From Podarcis vaucheri (Eukaryota), in assembly GCA_965113315.1 (NCBI GenBank), contig OZ220370.1: a DNA stretch of 64,000 nt. One strand, given 5' to 3'. Under the pieces are notes generated by a model. The model did not search any database, had not been told where the DNA came from, and was given only the letters and a program-made list of their open reading frames with translations. Below are positions 51,304 through 64,000 of the stretch, piece by piece; position 1 is the stretch's first letter; every line of letters begins with the position of its first letter. A program made the position numbers and the translations under genes.

Positions 51304-52987
51304 AAACGATGGTAATCATACACCTTTAGGGCAATGCTGAGCACCAGCTGTTTCATAGGTGATTTATAGGTTGCCATGCTCAAGGTTAATAATCAGGAGA
51401 AACAGGTTAGAGTATGCAATGTATTTATGTCAGGTTAGAAGTTCAGGAGTGGGAGGGGACAATATTAAAAAGATGTGTGCTGATTTAGTTAATCAGACCT
51501 GTACTTTGTGGCCAACAAAATATGTTAACATATTTCACAAAGGTAACGCGAAGGTAGAAGTAAAACACCCAACTTGCTTTTAAAGTGCAACAGAGAAACA
51601 CTAGTTGAACACTCTATACTTACACTTCCATGACATTATATAAGCTGGCCAGATTTTCATGTTCTGAAGTAGTCATTTAAGGAAAGAACTTCCCTTTAGG
51701 GGAACCAAAAAAAGAGAGTACAAAATCAACACCTTCCCACCTTTTAGTGTAGTCATTTCCTTGGTTACAGGAAGGAAATTACCATAAATTGTTGATGAAA
51801 ATAATTATAATATGGTACACCTTTATATTAATTTTGCACAGCATGAAGAGTGGTCAGTATAAGCAGCAATCTTATTCCTTACTAATTACTGAAGAGCGAT
51901 ACCTCCAGGGTTGGGGTAGGTGTGTGTGTAAGATAAGTGGAGATTCAGAGAACCTGGGGTGGGTGGGTGTAGAATGACCTACATTGACTTTTAAATCAAG
52001 TGTGGGGAAGAGGACTGGGCCAATGGGCTGGGCCATAGCCAAACTAACTTGCAATCCAGTTCAGGAAGTGATCCACTGGAAACGGCAGGAAGGGCTTCTT
52101 CCTAGCCTTGGTTGTCTGAACTATGACTGGCCAAGGACTAAGAAACACACATACATTCTATGACTACAAACCAGGAAGATGTACTGAACAACAATTCATA
52201 AGGTAAGACCTAAAGAGTGGAACATAGCAGCATAAATTTAGATTTCTAAGCTGAAAGCAGTCATTAGCCAGTGTGCTCTGATGATGATGGCATTACTGTA
52301 TTTCTTGAAAGTTTGATATATACCGGTACTGTACCATGTATTGGCATTTAAAGCAGCAAAAAGTTCAATTTAATTTTGGGATTGTCCATAGCAGGGGTGA
52401 GGAGCCTGTGTCCCTCCAGAGGTTGCTGGACCACAACTCCTCCCGTATAACACCTGTTCACCCTGGTCTGGGGCTGGTGGGAGCTATAATCTGACAGCAT
52501 CAGGTTTCCTACCCCAGGCCTATAAGGACACCACCTCTAGCTCGCTAGTAGTTTCTGCTAGGTGAATTAGAGAAGTTCCTGCAAGTTTCCATTTTGTTTG
52601 CCACAGTTTGAGTGTATTTTTTACCCTCTACTGGTAAAAAAATACATATAAAGAATATAAACACACATAAAAAGTGTAGTTCTTTTTAAAAAATCTAGTT
52701 CTGGTATTGAAGAGCAAGGAAATATTCCTTTCACTAATATGCCTTATTAATAGCTCCAAAAGAGATGGCAACAGTGGCTGAAGGAGCCAGGATAGCTGCT
52801 CCTCAATCTTTAATGCCTGCTGTGTAGCTCTGTTCCATCTTGGGAGTGGTTTAGGTGGGTGGGGATGGTAATGATTGATTTAGTAAAATAGGGAGGGTAA
52901 CTAGTACAAACCATGTGCTCCAGTAACCAGGGCTAAGGTATTTTTTAAAAAAAAAAATGTGTACAAGGAGGGGGATTATCCTACATA

Positions 52988-53064
52988 TCCCTGTGTTGCA
53001 GGGTGTTGAACTAGGTTTCCCTTTGGTTCCCTTCCAACTCTACAGTGTTATGATTCCATGATTC
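52988..53064 (+). mobile_element. CR1 LINE 3' end
   Basis: TCCCTTCCAACTCTAC...TATGATTCCATGATTC, the CR1 terminal octamer-type repeat. Confidence 0.7.
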
Positions 53065-53734
53065 AGTTCTTCATCTGTTTGTACAATTCCATTCCTAGAA
53101 TTGACCTGTTGGTTATTTGGCTTTCAGTCTTTGCAGGGATCTCACATCTTTGCTGATTTGAACTGAACATAGAAAAATGAAAACTTTACTATTGTAGAAG
53201 GGAAGAGAAATACTCCGTTGTAATACAAGCATCCTGATTTCTAACATCTATTGGTGGAAATGGGATCTCCTAGTTTTATGGAACTAAGTATTTTGAAGTA
53301 TGCAATTTTTTTTTTTAAAAAAAAGCTTGCAGATTTCATGAAAATCACACATTCACTTGGCTTGCCTCCTATGAGCCCCTTGTTCATATTACATAGTAAA
53401 GTGTACCTATTTTCTGTTGTCAAACCATGCTACAGAGTAGAAATACAGTATTTCTCTTTTAAAAGGAGAGTCCTTTATTTCTGCATTAAAAGATGCAAGC
53501 GATACAATGTGTAAGTACCTTAAGAGGTAAAATGTTATGCAAAGTGATGGTGCAAAATGAATACTCCACATGCTTTCATAAGATGCTGGCACAGCTTTGT
53601 GAAAATCCTTCTGTATGAAAAAATATAACATGGAGTGACTTCAACCAGAGACACTGGGATTTGCCTATCTCAGTAGAAAGCTGTAACCATTTTGGAATTA
53701 TTGTTTCATGACACATTTGATTACAAATAATATA

Positions 53735-54000
53735 CACCCTTGTGCAAATTAATTGAAACAAAGCATGTTTTCTATCTTACTCATAATCCTGTACTCAAAA
53801 CAAACACGAAAAGACAGTTGATCATTATGGTATCGGAAGCCTGCAGCCAATGGAAGGAATGATGCACTCGCCATAATATATTGAAGCTCTACGAAAGAGA
53901 GTTATCCCAGAGCTGGAAAAGAGGTATCCCTGTATGTATGTATATGTGAGTTTTATACAATAAATTGCATTGTTTGTTTCAATTAATTTGCACAAGGGTG
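53735..54000 (+). mobile_element. Tc1-family short deletion derivative (MITE-like)
   Basis: Perfect TIR beginning CACCCTTGTGCAAATTAATTGAAACA, TA on both sides, transposase remnant shared with 60247-60978. Confidence 0.92.
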
Positions 54001-55439
54001 TACAATGTCCAGAACTCCATCCACCTCTTAGTGTTATGGGCTTAATGGGGAAGTGCCTGTGTATTTAGCGATGCACATACAGTATGACACATGGTTGCTT
54101 ATTCTGCCCTGATAGAATAGCTGCAGTGTGGAGTGGACATCCATTTGCAGAACCAACATTGGATCATGCAATGGAACTTTCTCCCCTCCCCTCCTCTTCA
54201 GCACCTTCAAAATCTGCTCCAGGGGATTGAGGGAATAATAGATTCCGTTTGCTTTATCATGTGTTGGAAATTAATTAGCTCAGTGTGGGCAATATAAATG
54301 AGTCAGGCAAACCTGAGTACAATTCCCACCTGTCCCCTCCTCCAGCAGAGCACTCCTTTCAACAGCTCTGTAGAAAGCTATGCAAAATTTAAAAATCTGA
54401 CCCTTGGATCTTCATACTGTTTTTATTTACATCTGTATTAATTTAATACTATAGGTATTGTAATTTGAAACCGTAAGGTGGCATCTCTAGCTAAGTCATA
54501 CTCAGAGCGGACACACTGAAATTCATTGCATAGTTGGAAACTATTCTAACCATGTCTACTCAGAAGTAAGTCCTATTGAATTAACTGGGGCCTACTGCTA
54601 TGTAAATTGGGTTAGAATTTCAGCCTTAGTGATTATTGGGAGGGGGGAGGGGGAATCCTCGTCACAGAAAAAACTTTATATCCAAGCCCTCTCATAGCCC
54701 CACATGCGTTTCCAAGTCTATATAAATGCCTGCTGAGCAACTTGTTGAGCTTTCCCCAAGTAATGAATGGTATCTGTCCTCTAAACAAATGGGAAGAGGA
54801 GCCCCGACATAATAAAGCCAGAGCCTAGGACACCGAAGAGATTTCATTCCCATAAATTGCATCTCTATTACACTTTGAGTATATTCACATTGAGAATGTC
54901 CAAATAAGATGAGGAGAGGGCCTAATTCATTTTATAAGCAGGGCTTTAAATCTCAACATGAACCTGTGCTGCAAAATTAATTATGGTTGAGATGGATGGA
55001 AGGGGAAATTCACACCAATAATGAAAAGTCCCATATCCTGCTTTGGCAATCCCTGTAATAGTTTTGACAAGACAGGGGAAAGCATTCATAAACATTAAAA
55101 CACTAAAAGGAAAACAGAAAAAGCTTACATTCAAAGGGAGGAGTGGTCACTTACCAAGGTTAAGCCAGGTTCAAGGTGAGGCCAAAGAAACCCCATCTCC
55201 AACCCCACCCAAATAATAAAGGACTAACAGAACCTGGGGAGAAGACACAACTGGCTCCCTCCTCGTCTCCTCAAAGGACAATTCTAAGTAGCATATTCAT
55301 GATGCCAGTCAAGGTAGCTAGCTTCATGTATAAGCTTAGACATGCATGTAAGCATTTTAAGTGCATACAAAGAACACGTAAAGTATAAATGCAATAGGTA
55401 AATACTGAAACTTCGGTATGAAGAATACTCATGGGAGAC

Positions 55440-55660
55440 TGTGGATTGGTTGCACCTCCCTGTCAAGTATGCTGTTGGACCACAGCAACTCTCACTCCAC
55501 CCGCCCCCATCCTGTCGTCTGTGTGAATGCTGCATTCCATAACTCAGTGGACAAAGCTGAGCCAGGCCAATCCTGCCCAGCTGGTGCACCCAGGTCTCAG
55601 TGACACAGGAGAAATTAAGTATCTTGTCCATTATTATAGAAAAATGCTTTCTTCTAGACT
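55440..55660 (-). mobile_element. L2/CR1-type LINE endonuclease fragment
   Basis: ORF 55284-55670: SCVTETWV...LCPLSY...HSHRRQDGGG resembles the APE-domain ITETW...PPGY...RGGG motifs. Confidence 0.65.
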
Positions 55661-55757
55661 GACCTGGCATTAACTAGTACCACCGGGTACTGGGTGACAG
55701 GACAACATAAATTTTGGGGGAAGGAGGGCGTATTGGTCAAGGAGACAGCTTCCAAGC

Positions 55758-56563
55758 CAGAGGTTTTCAACCTTTTAAAGTCCACGGCTCCCTAGACCAA
55801 CTACATTCTTTCTGCGGCACCCCTGTGGGACTCAGGAGCCCAGTTATGCCACCCCTTGCCTCCAGAGCTGGCAGCCTCTCACCCTTTTCCAAACATCCTC
55901 TCTTGTGGAGTGTTCCCACAGCCTCCTCTCCTCTCTTCTTTCTTTGGGAGTCCTCTGGGCAACTACTGCTGCCACCCCTGGTCACTGACCTGCCCCACAC
56001 CCCAAAGAGAGGTGCCTCCACATGCCACACCCTAGGGGTTTGGGAAGAGGATGCCCCAGCCCTAGTGGCCCGATGGAGACTGGCCAAAGGTGAACGTGAG
56101 GTCAGCACCTTACCTTGGGAGGCAGCAGTGGCGGCAGCGGGTGCCGCTGGACCTGCAGGGCAGAAAAACTCCCCTTCAGTACCAGGCACTCAGCTCCTAG
56201 GAAGGCCTTGCACACAGCAAGTACAAGAAAGGCCAGCACAACAACCGCCTGTCTGCTTGGTCTCCCACTTGTCTGTCCATTCCCAACAGCAAGGGCTGGT
56301 GGACTGGCTGACAGGGATACCCCACCCATTTGCTTGCTTACTCCAAGGCCACCTCAGCTCCTGGCAACCAGCACCCCCAGAGGCACCATTCCTCTGGGGA
56401 GCTTGTAGCCAGTGCTGCTGCAACAAACAGCTGTGCAAGCCTTTGGGAGGCAGAGATGCAAGAGGGAATCAGAGGACAGAGGGAAGGAAAGAGGGACAGA
56501 GGCCAGTGTTGCCCCTGACCATCGCATCCCAGGGTGCCACAGCACACTGGTTGAAAACCTCTG
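55758..56563. mobile_element. hAT non-autonomous element (~800 bp)
   Basis: Perfect TIR CAGAGGTTTTCAACC; degenerate 8-bp TSD TTCCAAGC/TTCTAGGC. Confidence 0.85.
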
Positions 56564-58344
56564 TTCTAGGCAATTCCTGTCCGCTCTCCCTACCCGACCA
56601 AGCCCACCACCAGGACCATATCTCCCCTTGCCTGTAGCTGTTGGAATTATGCTGTCCAGACATGTGTGCATGTGTGCGTGGATCCACAAAATTACCACCC
56701 CACAATACACTAGTGCTAATTTACTACTACTGAAATTGCTACTTTTATGCCCCATAATTTTAGGAAAAGAGCAACAGCATGTTCTGTTTATCACTAGGAT
56801 AGCCTCGCAAGAAAGGGCAGGCTATCCTCTTCTAAAGCACAGCATCTTCAAAAATTTACCAGGGTCACTATGAGATTCAGTGGGAAGGACAGAAAGCAAT
56901 GTGCATATTGTATTAAGACAGATTTAAGGTGGGATGTCTGGGGAAATTTACACTTTAAGCTGTAAAGATTGTTAGGGAATAAGCCAAATTATACAGGGGA
57001 ATCGGACGATCCTTTTCAATGAAATGTGCCATTGCAGAAGATCACACCAAAATATCTTCTGAACCTGTATAGAAAAGAGGTTCTAAAGAGCTACTAACAA
57101 CGTAATCCTAAACAGATTTACTCAGAAGTAAGGTTCTCCAAACTCAAAGGGACACATTCCCTAGTAAGTGTGCAAAGGACTTCAGCCTTAGGCTCATACA
57201 TAGAGCTTGTAGTAGCTTAGCACAATTGCTAACTATTTTCTTTAAACTGCTGACCTCGCTGCCATAACACTAACACATTTTGAGCTATTTAGCACTGCAC
57301 TTCTGAAATTTTCCAAGGTTGGAACTAAAACAGAGATTCCACACAGAGGTTAGTAAAGTGCTGTATTATCCAGCAATGCCCTTCTGCATGGTCAATATCC
57401 TTCTGTAATGTTTACTCACAAGTAACTCCCAGCCAGCAAAGCCCTTGTCTTCCAGTTTCTTGAAGGGTTTCTTGCCTCTGTGAAAAAAGGATTCAAATTT
57501 TCTGTCTCATTCTCGGGACACTTGAGAGGTGCTTGAGAATTTCTGTGGGTGTGGGATTTTGATCTTACCTTATTGCTGTGAGATAGTGTGCGTGTTCAGT
57601 AAACATTTCTCCAAAATTTTGCAGTCTCTCTGGCTGCCCATGCTTCTTAATCTAAAGAAGTCTAATGGGGGAAGTTAGCTCACAATGTCTTCCCCTGGGC
57701 TTTACTTGGAGTGAGGGCATCTTAGAAGGATGTAGTGTGCAGACCACTGGTGAGATTATTTGTAGAAGAAAAACCTCTCACAAACAGCCTTTAGCTACTT
57801 CAAAACCATAACACAAATGCACACCATCCTAGCAAAATAAAAACATCCCCTTTGATAATTTTCTGGGGCCATTTCTTTTTTCTTCAATTGATAGTGAATG
57901 GTAGAAAAATGTGGGAGAATTTTTCAGCACCTTACTAGTCCTCTAAAATATTAATTAAGAGTTTCCTGCTTGCAGGCCCTGCTATTTGCTTTGTTTTCTG
58001 TTGTTTACTTCTGAGAGATTAGTGATAAATAGTCTCTTAATTGCCCAAATGTCAGTTTCTGTTTCCATGTGTGTTACTGGGGTGGGTAGAGTTAATTGCT
58101 GGCTTCCTTGCACATTATTTTTAATACCAAAAAGTACAATTTTGATACAAATTTTAAGAAATCAGAAATTAAAGCTTTCAGCTGTCTTGTGTAACAGGAA
58201 CTGAAATTGTGGCAATAAAGGGAGGTTATTTAAGGGACAATTGAGGCCGTTCCTTACTAAATCCCAAGCCAGGAAAACAGGAAGCAGTAAAATGGGGGAA
58301 ACTTGCAAACAGGAAACAGGAAACAAAATTGTAAGATGGCACCC

Positions 58345-58480
58345 TTCCCCAACCTGCTGCCCTCCAGATGTTTTGAGACTCCCATACCTCCCATCCCATC
58401 AGCCTCAGTCAGCATGGCCAATGGTCAGGGATGGTGGAAGCTTAATCCAGCAGCATATGAAGGACACTATGTTGGTGAAG
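58345..58480. mobile_element. Short palindromic hAT-like MITE remnant (related copies ~19820-19925, 52392-52518, 61160-61240)
   Basis: CCCTCCAGATGTT...CCCATCAGCC...GCATGGCCAATGGTCAGGGATGGTGG motif recurs in the window. Confidence 0.55.
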
Positions 58481-58958
58481 GCTGTAATATGGGAAAGATG
58501 CCTACTTGTGTCAGTCATGAACCTAAGAAGTTTGGTATATTGCAATGTTCGTCAGGTGAGAACTCTCACAACTGCAATTGTTAACATTTGAAGTGGTCCT
58601 TATGAAGGAGAAACACCACTCAGTAGTAATCTCTTTTTGGCTGAAAGTGTTGTTGAAGATGACAATATTAATGTCTTCAGCACATCTAAGTAATCGTCAG
58701 TCACCTCAAATGTCAAAAGCAAATCTTACCTTTATAAGAGACCTTTGGTTTCTGATTTTATTTCTTCTTTCAAGGAACCTACCACAGGATAGGTTATTAG
58801 CTCTAACCTTGAAATAAAACACCCAGCCTTGAAATAAACCAGAATTGGCCCAATGTTGTGCTTAGGAGGCAGGAACAGAGGAGAAGTATCTCCCTTCTTA
58901 ATGGGAAGGAGGTGCCTAAGTCCTCAGACGGTGAGGCATGAGGTATGACTCGTAAATA

Positions 58959-59000
58959 CAGCAGACCTAAAGGAATCTGCAGCAGACCTAAAGGAATCTG
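58959..59000. repeat. Perfect 21-bp tandem duplication
   Basis: CAGCAGACCTAAAGGAATCTG x2. Confidence 0.9.
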
Positions 59001-59299
59001 GAAATATCATTATTTTCAGGGGGCGTTTAAGACGGGGGTATATTTATATTCTTTTTTTAAACAAAAGAACAAAAAAGTCACATGGTAGCTTGAGGTTCAG
59101 TGTGGAGGGTAGACCTAAACAGCTGGAGAAAGAGTTGATCAGAAATTAACTCTTGAAATAGTTTTGGCTTATTTATTTATATAAATGTTTATATATTGCT
59201 ATATCATAAAGATATATCACAGTGGTTTGCAACAATATAAAACATAAAATCAAACAAAACCATAAGCTGAAAACAACTTGGTTGGTACTGTCTCAGTAT

Positions 59300-59510
59300 C
59301 CTCCAATTGTTTAGCCATCCAGTGGCAGCTCTAGTTGCCATGTGCTCCAGAGGTCCACCCCCTTCGTCCGGAGCAACCAAACTCTGGACCGCATGGAGCA
59401 GCTCTGTCAGAGGGCTCTCCAAGGATGCAATGGAGGCAGCGAAGGAGGATCTCTTCGCTGCCCTCGCCACCAGATGGTAGGCCTGACTATGAGCCTGAAC
59501 ACGACTTTTT
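59300..59510 (-). mobile_element. L2-clade ORF2 fragment
   Basis: QAHSQAYHLVARAAKRSSFAASIASLESPLTELL parallels the peptide encoded at 10590-10710 (+). Confidence 0.6.
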
Positions 59511-59891
59511 AGGAATGTTGCCATGAATAAAGCAGAACATCAAGAGTAGCTAAGAAATGCATTGAAACAGAGGAAGAGGTTTGCTGGGGGCATTGGGCTG
59601 CCACAGATTTTTGCCGCAATGTGCAGAGTTGTTAAGAGTTCACACAGGTCTGCCTAACTTACATTCTTATCTCATTTTATCCTTTGAGCAGATGTAGGAC
59701 TGAGAATGGCCTGTAGTGCCTGAAGCTTCTCTGGCTAGATTTCTCTGTCAGTGTGCTGAGAGAATGTAAGAGCTTAGAAGGCATTCCTTAGTGCTTTACA
59801 GGAGAGGGATGGAGATAAATTACAGCTCTTCAGAAACCCTCAATTTGACTTACAGTGAAGGTTTTTTTTTTACAATAAAAAGAAATATCAG

Positions 59892-60059
59892 GAATCATAG
59901 AATTGTAGAGTTGGAAGGCACCCCGAGGGTCATCTAGTCCAAGCTCCTGCAATGCAGGAATCTCAGCTAAATCATACATGACAGATGGCCATCCAGCCTC
60001 TGCTTAAAAATCTGTAAGGAAGGAAAATTCACCACCTCTTGTGGGAATCTGTTCCACAG
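59892..60059 (-). mobile_element. CR1 LINE 3' fragment
   Basis: GAATCATAGAATTGTAGAGTTGGAAGG...GGTCATCTAGTCCAA is the reverse complement of a CR1 3' end. Confidence 0.8.
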
Positions 60060-60127
60060 TGAAGCAAAATAGATAATAAACAGCAAGATACAACCACTCA
60101 TACAAATAGGATAGACTTCACCCACTT

Positions 60128-60190
60128 CTGGGCAAACCCAGCCAGATGGGTGGGGTAGAAATAATAAATTGTCATCCTCATCCTCATCCT
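60128..60190 (+). mobile_element. L2-type LINE 3' tail fragment
   Basis: GGGCAAACCCAGCCAGATGGGTGGGGTAGAAATAATAAA. Confidence 0.65.
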
Positions 60191-60246
60191 TGGGAAGGGA
60201 ATTCCAAAACTACAGTGCCACCATACAGAAGGCCCCCTTTCCAGTG

Positions 60247-60978
60247 CACCCTTGTGCAAATTAATTGAAACAAAGCATGTTTTCTATCTTACTCGTAATC
60301 CTGTACTCAAACATGAAAAGTCAGTTGATCATTATGGTGTCGGAAGCCTGCAGCCAATAGAAGGAATGATGCGCTCACCACAATATATTGAGGTTCTATG
60401 GAAGAGAGTTATTTCAGAGCTGGAAAAGAGGTATCCCGACAGTGCTGAGATATTGCAGCAGGACCTAGCCCCCTGTCACACATTGAAAGTGATGAAGAAA
60501 TTCATGACAGAGCAGCAAATACAGGTACTTGATTGGTCAGGGAATTCCCTGGACATAAATCCCATTGAGAATTTGTGGGCTATATGCAAAAGTTGCCTCC
60601 ATGCTGTAGACTGTACATTGAGCAGCTCATTCAGGTGCTGATTCAAGTGTGGTACAGGGATGTGAAAATCAACAGTGGCTGTTCAAAACTAGTAGACTCC
60701 ATGCCAAACCGTGCTCAAATGCTGCTTAAAAATAGCGGAGGTCATATCCGTTATTAATGTATGCATATGTGAGTTTTGTACAATAAATTGTTGTTGTTGT
60801 TGTTGTTTAGTCGTTTACTTGTGTCCGACTCTTCGTGACCCCATGGACCAGAGCACGCCAGGCACTCCTGTCTTCCACTGCCTCCCGCAGTTTGGTCAGA
60901 CTCATGTTTGTAGCTTCGAGAACACTGTCCAACCAGTAACAATAAATTACATTGTTTCAATTAATTTGCACAAGGGTG
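60247..60978 (+). mobile_element. Tc1-family (DD34E) transposon, internally deleted, with a frameshifted transposase C-terminus
   Basis: Same TIRs as 53735; ORF QQD-LAPCH...DWSGNSLDINPI-E (34 residues between D and E), then LVDSMPNR...GGHIRY in another frame. Confidence 0.92.
60790..60935 (-). mobile_element. RTE-BovB LINE 3' end nested in the Tc1 element
   Basis: (TTG)n tail, then TTTAGTCGTTT..GTGTCCGACTCTTCGTGACCCCATGGACCAGAGCACGCCAGG; flanking repeat ACAATAAATT (60780-60789, 60939-60948). Confidence 0.85.
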
Positions 60979-63703
60979 TAGGTACCTGCCTCACTTCTGA
61001 AGGCAGGAGAATCTGGATAAGAGACTTGGAAGCTTAGCTTAATTGACAGGCAGGTTTGTACGGGACAAGATAACACTACAAAAAATGCTGAAAACCACCC
61101 TCCCCCTATAAGAACAACTGACTTGGGTGGTTTTCCAGAGGATCAACCAACTAGAGCAGTCCTTACCAACCTTATGCTCTCCAGATGTTTGGGCAACAGT
61201 TGTAGTCCAAACATCTGGAGACCAGGTTGGCAAGAGATCCACTGGAGTTTGAAATTTTCACCCTTCCCACGTAGGTCTTCTCAGTTAACTTGTAATCTCC
61301 ATGGCTGCATTTTGTAATGATCATTTATTTTAAAAGTCTTGGGGGAAATCTGCATGAGATGTAGCTGGCAGCTGTGTGTAATGTCACTTCACCTCTGGGC
61401 TTCAGTTTCATGACTGTTTGCCCCTCAGTATATCTCTAAGTCCCACCATACCTTCCTTCTGAGCCTCCCATTATCCTGGACTGGTCACATTCCATTTGCA
61501 TATCGACAAGTCATCTCCTAACTCCTAGAAATTATTCTGTCATTGTGGGATACGACAAAGCCAGAAAAACAGTGCATTGTTTTTGCTTTGGAAGTTGCTG
61601 TTTGTGTTTGGAGAATGGTGTTTTATTAGTGTTACTCCAGATAATTTTTATCTTATGCTTAGAATGCTTTGAAGTGCTTCAGTTTAACAATAACATTTTG
61701 AAGGCTTTGAGAGTTCAGTAGCTGCAGGCAAACACTTTAGGAAGCCCTAAAGACAGCAGGGTCTCTGGGGAAGAGCAAGAGGCAGGGGCTTCTGAGAATA
61801 TAAACTGGGAAAGGAGCACAAAGCTTGCAGCACCAGGCTCCTGAACTCTTATTCCCAACAATGCTGTTATTTGGTTTTATGGTAACCAGCGACAATGACA
61901 CTGTCACGGCTAGTGACAGAGGAGTGCTCACATCTTCCCTGGAGGAAACTGAAGTGCCAAAGCTGGGGAGTCCCAAAGCTTGAGTGGTGCTGTATTGCAC
62001 TCTAAATGAGATCCTTGCTTCCCAGGGGATGAATCAAAGAATAAAAGCTGTGGCTTTCTGTATGGATTTGCACGAATTGAGGAGACCTGCACAGCCAGAA
62101 TGTCTCCAGGACACCCACGCAGCAGAGCATGTTGTGAGGGTGGGACCCGACTTTCCAATGTGCTCGTGGAACACGCAAATCTGCAAACATATAAAAAGCA
62201 ACATAGACCACTGTTTCCCCACCCCACCCATTTCTTTCTTGTCCGAATGGTTTTCTCTAACACTAGTTCTTCCAGCTCTGATGTTCCTAAAAAGAACAGC
62301 TCAAATTTCAAGTTGGTGTGGCTTGCTCTTCAACAAGATGATAATGGATAGTTACTCTGGTTTTCATTTGTGCCTCTGTGCGAGGTTATTAAGTATCACT
62401 TAAAGGGCTGGTCGATGACATGAAGGCACATGAAAGCAGCCCTCCGCAGATAATGCACGCTGTGACTGCGTAGCTCCAGAAACCATCTTGTGAGAGGGTG
62501 GACAACTGGGCCACACAATATTCTTCTCTACAGGAACCTTGTACTGTATCTGAAGCCATCACAGGGAGTTGAACAGAGGCTGTTTGGAGCTCTAAGGCAG
62601 GTTCTGCCCTGCGTTAGCCCCTTTTTGCCTGCAAAGAATACCTCCCTTTATAGATGAATCCATATTATCTGGACTTGGGTGTTTGGTTTCTTAAATTCTC
62701 AGTGGGGTGGTGGTGATTTGAGTTCCGAGGAGAACAATATGTAGTTCCTTTGTCATGAACTGGAGCAGTTTTTCAATAACTCCTAATTTTTGCAGGGATT
62801 GGGAACCTATTTATTTATTTACTAGATAGTTAAACGTTCTCTAGAAGGCTTAAAACATACAACTTTATTTGCTTGTTTTCTTTTAGGAATTGCTTCCTAT
62901 GAAACATCAAGAGCAACCCACGTGGGAATCAGGGCTGGTCAGTTCACACATGCAGACTTAAAAGTTTCCTCCTGTACGTATCCACTCAGGCAGGGGTGGG
63001 GAACCTGTTACTCTCCTGTTTACCTTACAAGCATTTTTGCATCTCTACTGAGATAATGTATGTAGAACTCTTTTAAAAATTATGGCAAAATGCTATATAA
63101 ATGCCAAGTGTTTGTTACTACTCTCACAATCCTAATAATCAGAATCTAAAGAAAAATATGATATTACTGTGGGTGGATTTATCATGAGGAAGAAACCTGT
63201 AGGTCTGGGGAACTTTTAAAAGCAGATTTTGTGGTACACCATTCTTGGCTGCTGGGCGTGCTGGTTGGGGCTGCTGGGAGTTGGGACTAAAAAAAAAAAC
63301 AAAAAACAAAAACTTGAGTGACCACAGGCTCATCTCTTCTTTAAAGAGTGGCCTGATCACACCCTGAGATGTGACAAAAGAATGCTAATACTTATTAATG
63401 GTCCAGGATGGCCAGTAGATGCCCCTTTGTGGGAGCTAATTGTTAGAAGATCCTTTCTTGGGACAGAGATCTCTCTGGAATGTTTGGAATGGGAAAGCTT
63501 CAGACTTTGAAGAGGGGTGTCTGGGTAGTGTGAAGAAAGGGCAATTTGGGAAGATAGTCAGCAGGGAGCTGAAGGCACCTAGTGGATTATGTGTATCCCC
63601 TGGGGATCAGTTGCAACAGATCACATCTGCACCTGGTAGGACTGCACATACTGTTTGCTTCCATTTATGCCGTATATTACAGAAGCCTAGTAAGTCTCCC
63701 CTT

Positions 63704-63895
63704 TGGGGAAGGACCATGGTTCAGTCACAAAGCATCTGATTTGCACACATAAAGTTGCAGATTCAATCCCTGGCAGGTCTAGGTAGGAGTGGGAGAGAAT
63801 TGTGTCCGAAATCCTGGAGAACTGCTCCAGTCAGTGGTGCCAATACTGAGCTAGAGGAGCCCAATGGTCTGACTGAGTCACTTTCCTACGTTCCT
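63704..63895 (+). mobile_element. tRNA-derived SINE (Squam3-like)
   Basis: GATTCAATCCCTGGCA...CCTGGAGAACTGCTCCAGTCAGTG...GAGCTAGAGGAGCCCAATGGTCTGACT...TTCCTACGTTCCT. Confidence 0.7.
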
Positions 63896-64000
63896 GGGTT
63901 CTGGTGCTCTCTCCTTCAAAGGAAGCTAATTCCAGGCAGCACTTGTCCCTGGAACACCTCACTGGTCAGGGATGTAAAGTGGGAAGCACTTTAACAGTGT

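Noticed and set aside
55714-56637. 307-aa ORF and several overlapping ORFs on both strands
   Set aside because: Lies mostly within a GC-rich hAT non-autonomous element, has no ATG start and shows no recognisable domain
60252-60757. Possible functional or domesticated transposase gene
   Set aside because: Lacks the DNA-binding domain and first catalytic Asp, has no ATG start and is frameshifted

Overview
Vertebrate genomic DNA, most likely from a lacertid lizard (inferred from Sauria SINE, Squam3-like SINE and BovB repeats). Positions ~2194-41757 (+) hold the last 30 coding exons of CHD7, a chromodomain helicase DNA-binding protein. These are exons 9-38 by analogy with the 38-exon human gene (numbering and human exon lengths recalled, not aligned). 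They encode the second chromodomain, SNF2 ATPase/helicase, SANT-like region, two BRK domains and the C-terminus. All visible junctions join in frame. The 5' parts of exons 16 and 24 fall in N-gaps. A 3' UTR with AATAAA at 42647 follows, then ~21 kb of intergenic DNA with no other gene recognised. The remainder is transposon debris: L2, CR1 and BovB LINE fragments, SINEs, hAT and Tigger-like MITEs, and two Tc1 (DD34E) deletion derivatives. The most notable non-coding signal is a structurally complete minimal type-I hammerhead ribozyme of the Penelope-element type, in sense orientation in CHD7 intron 15. It is nested in an L2 that is flanked by an unusually long duplication. Other notable items are a GC-AG donor at exon 33, a strong cryptic donor inside exon 32, a candidate 22-nt poison micro-exon in intron 25, a LINE tail forming the exon 12 acceptor tract and a U2 snRNA 5' fragment. 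I found no wholly new gene system.
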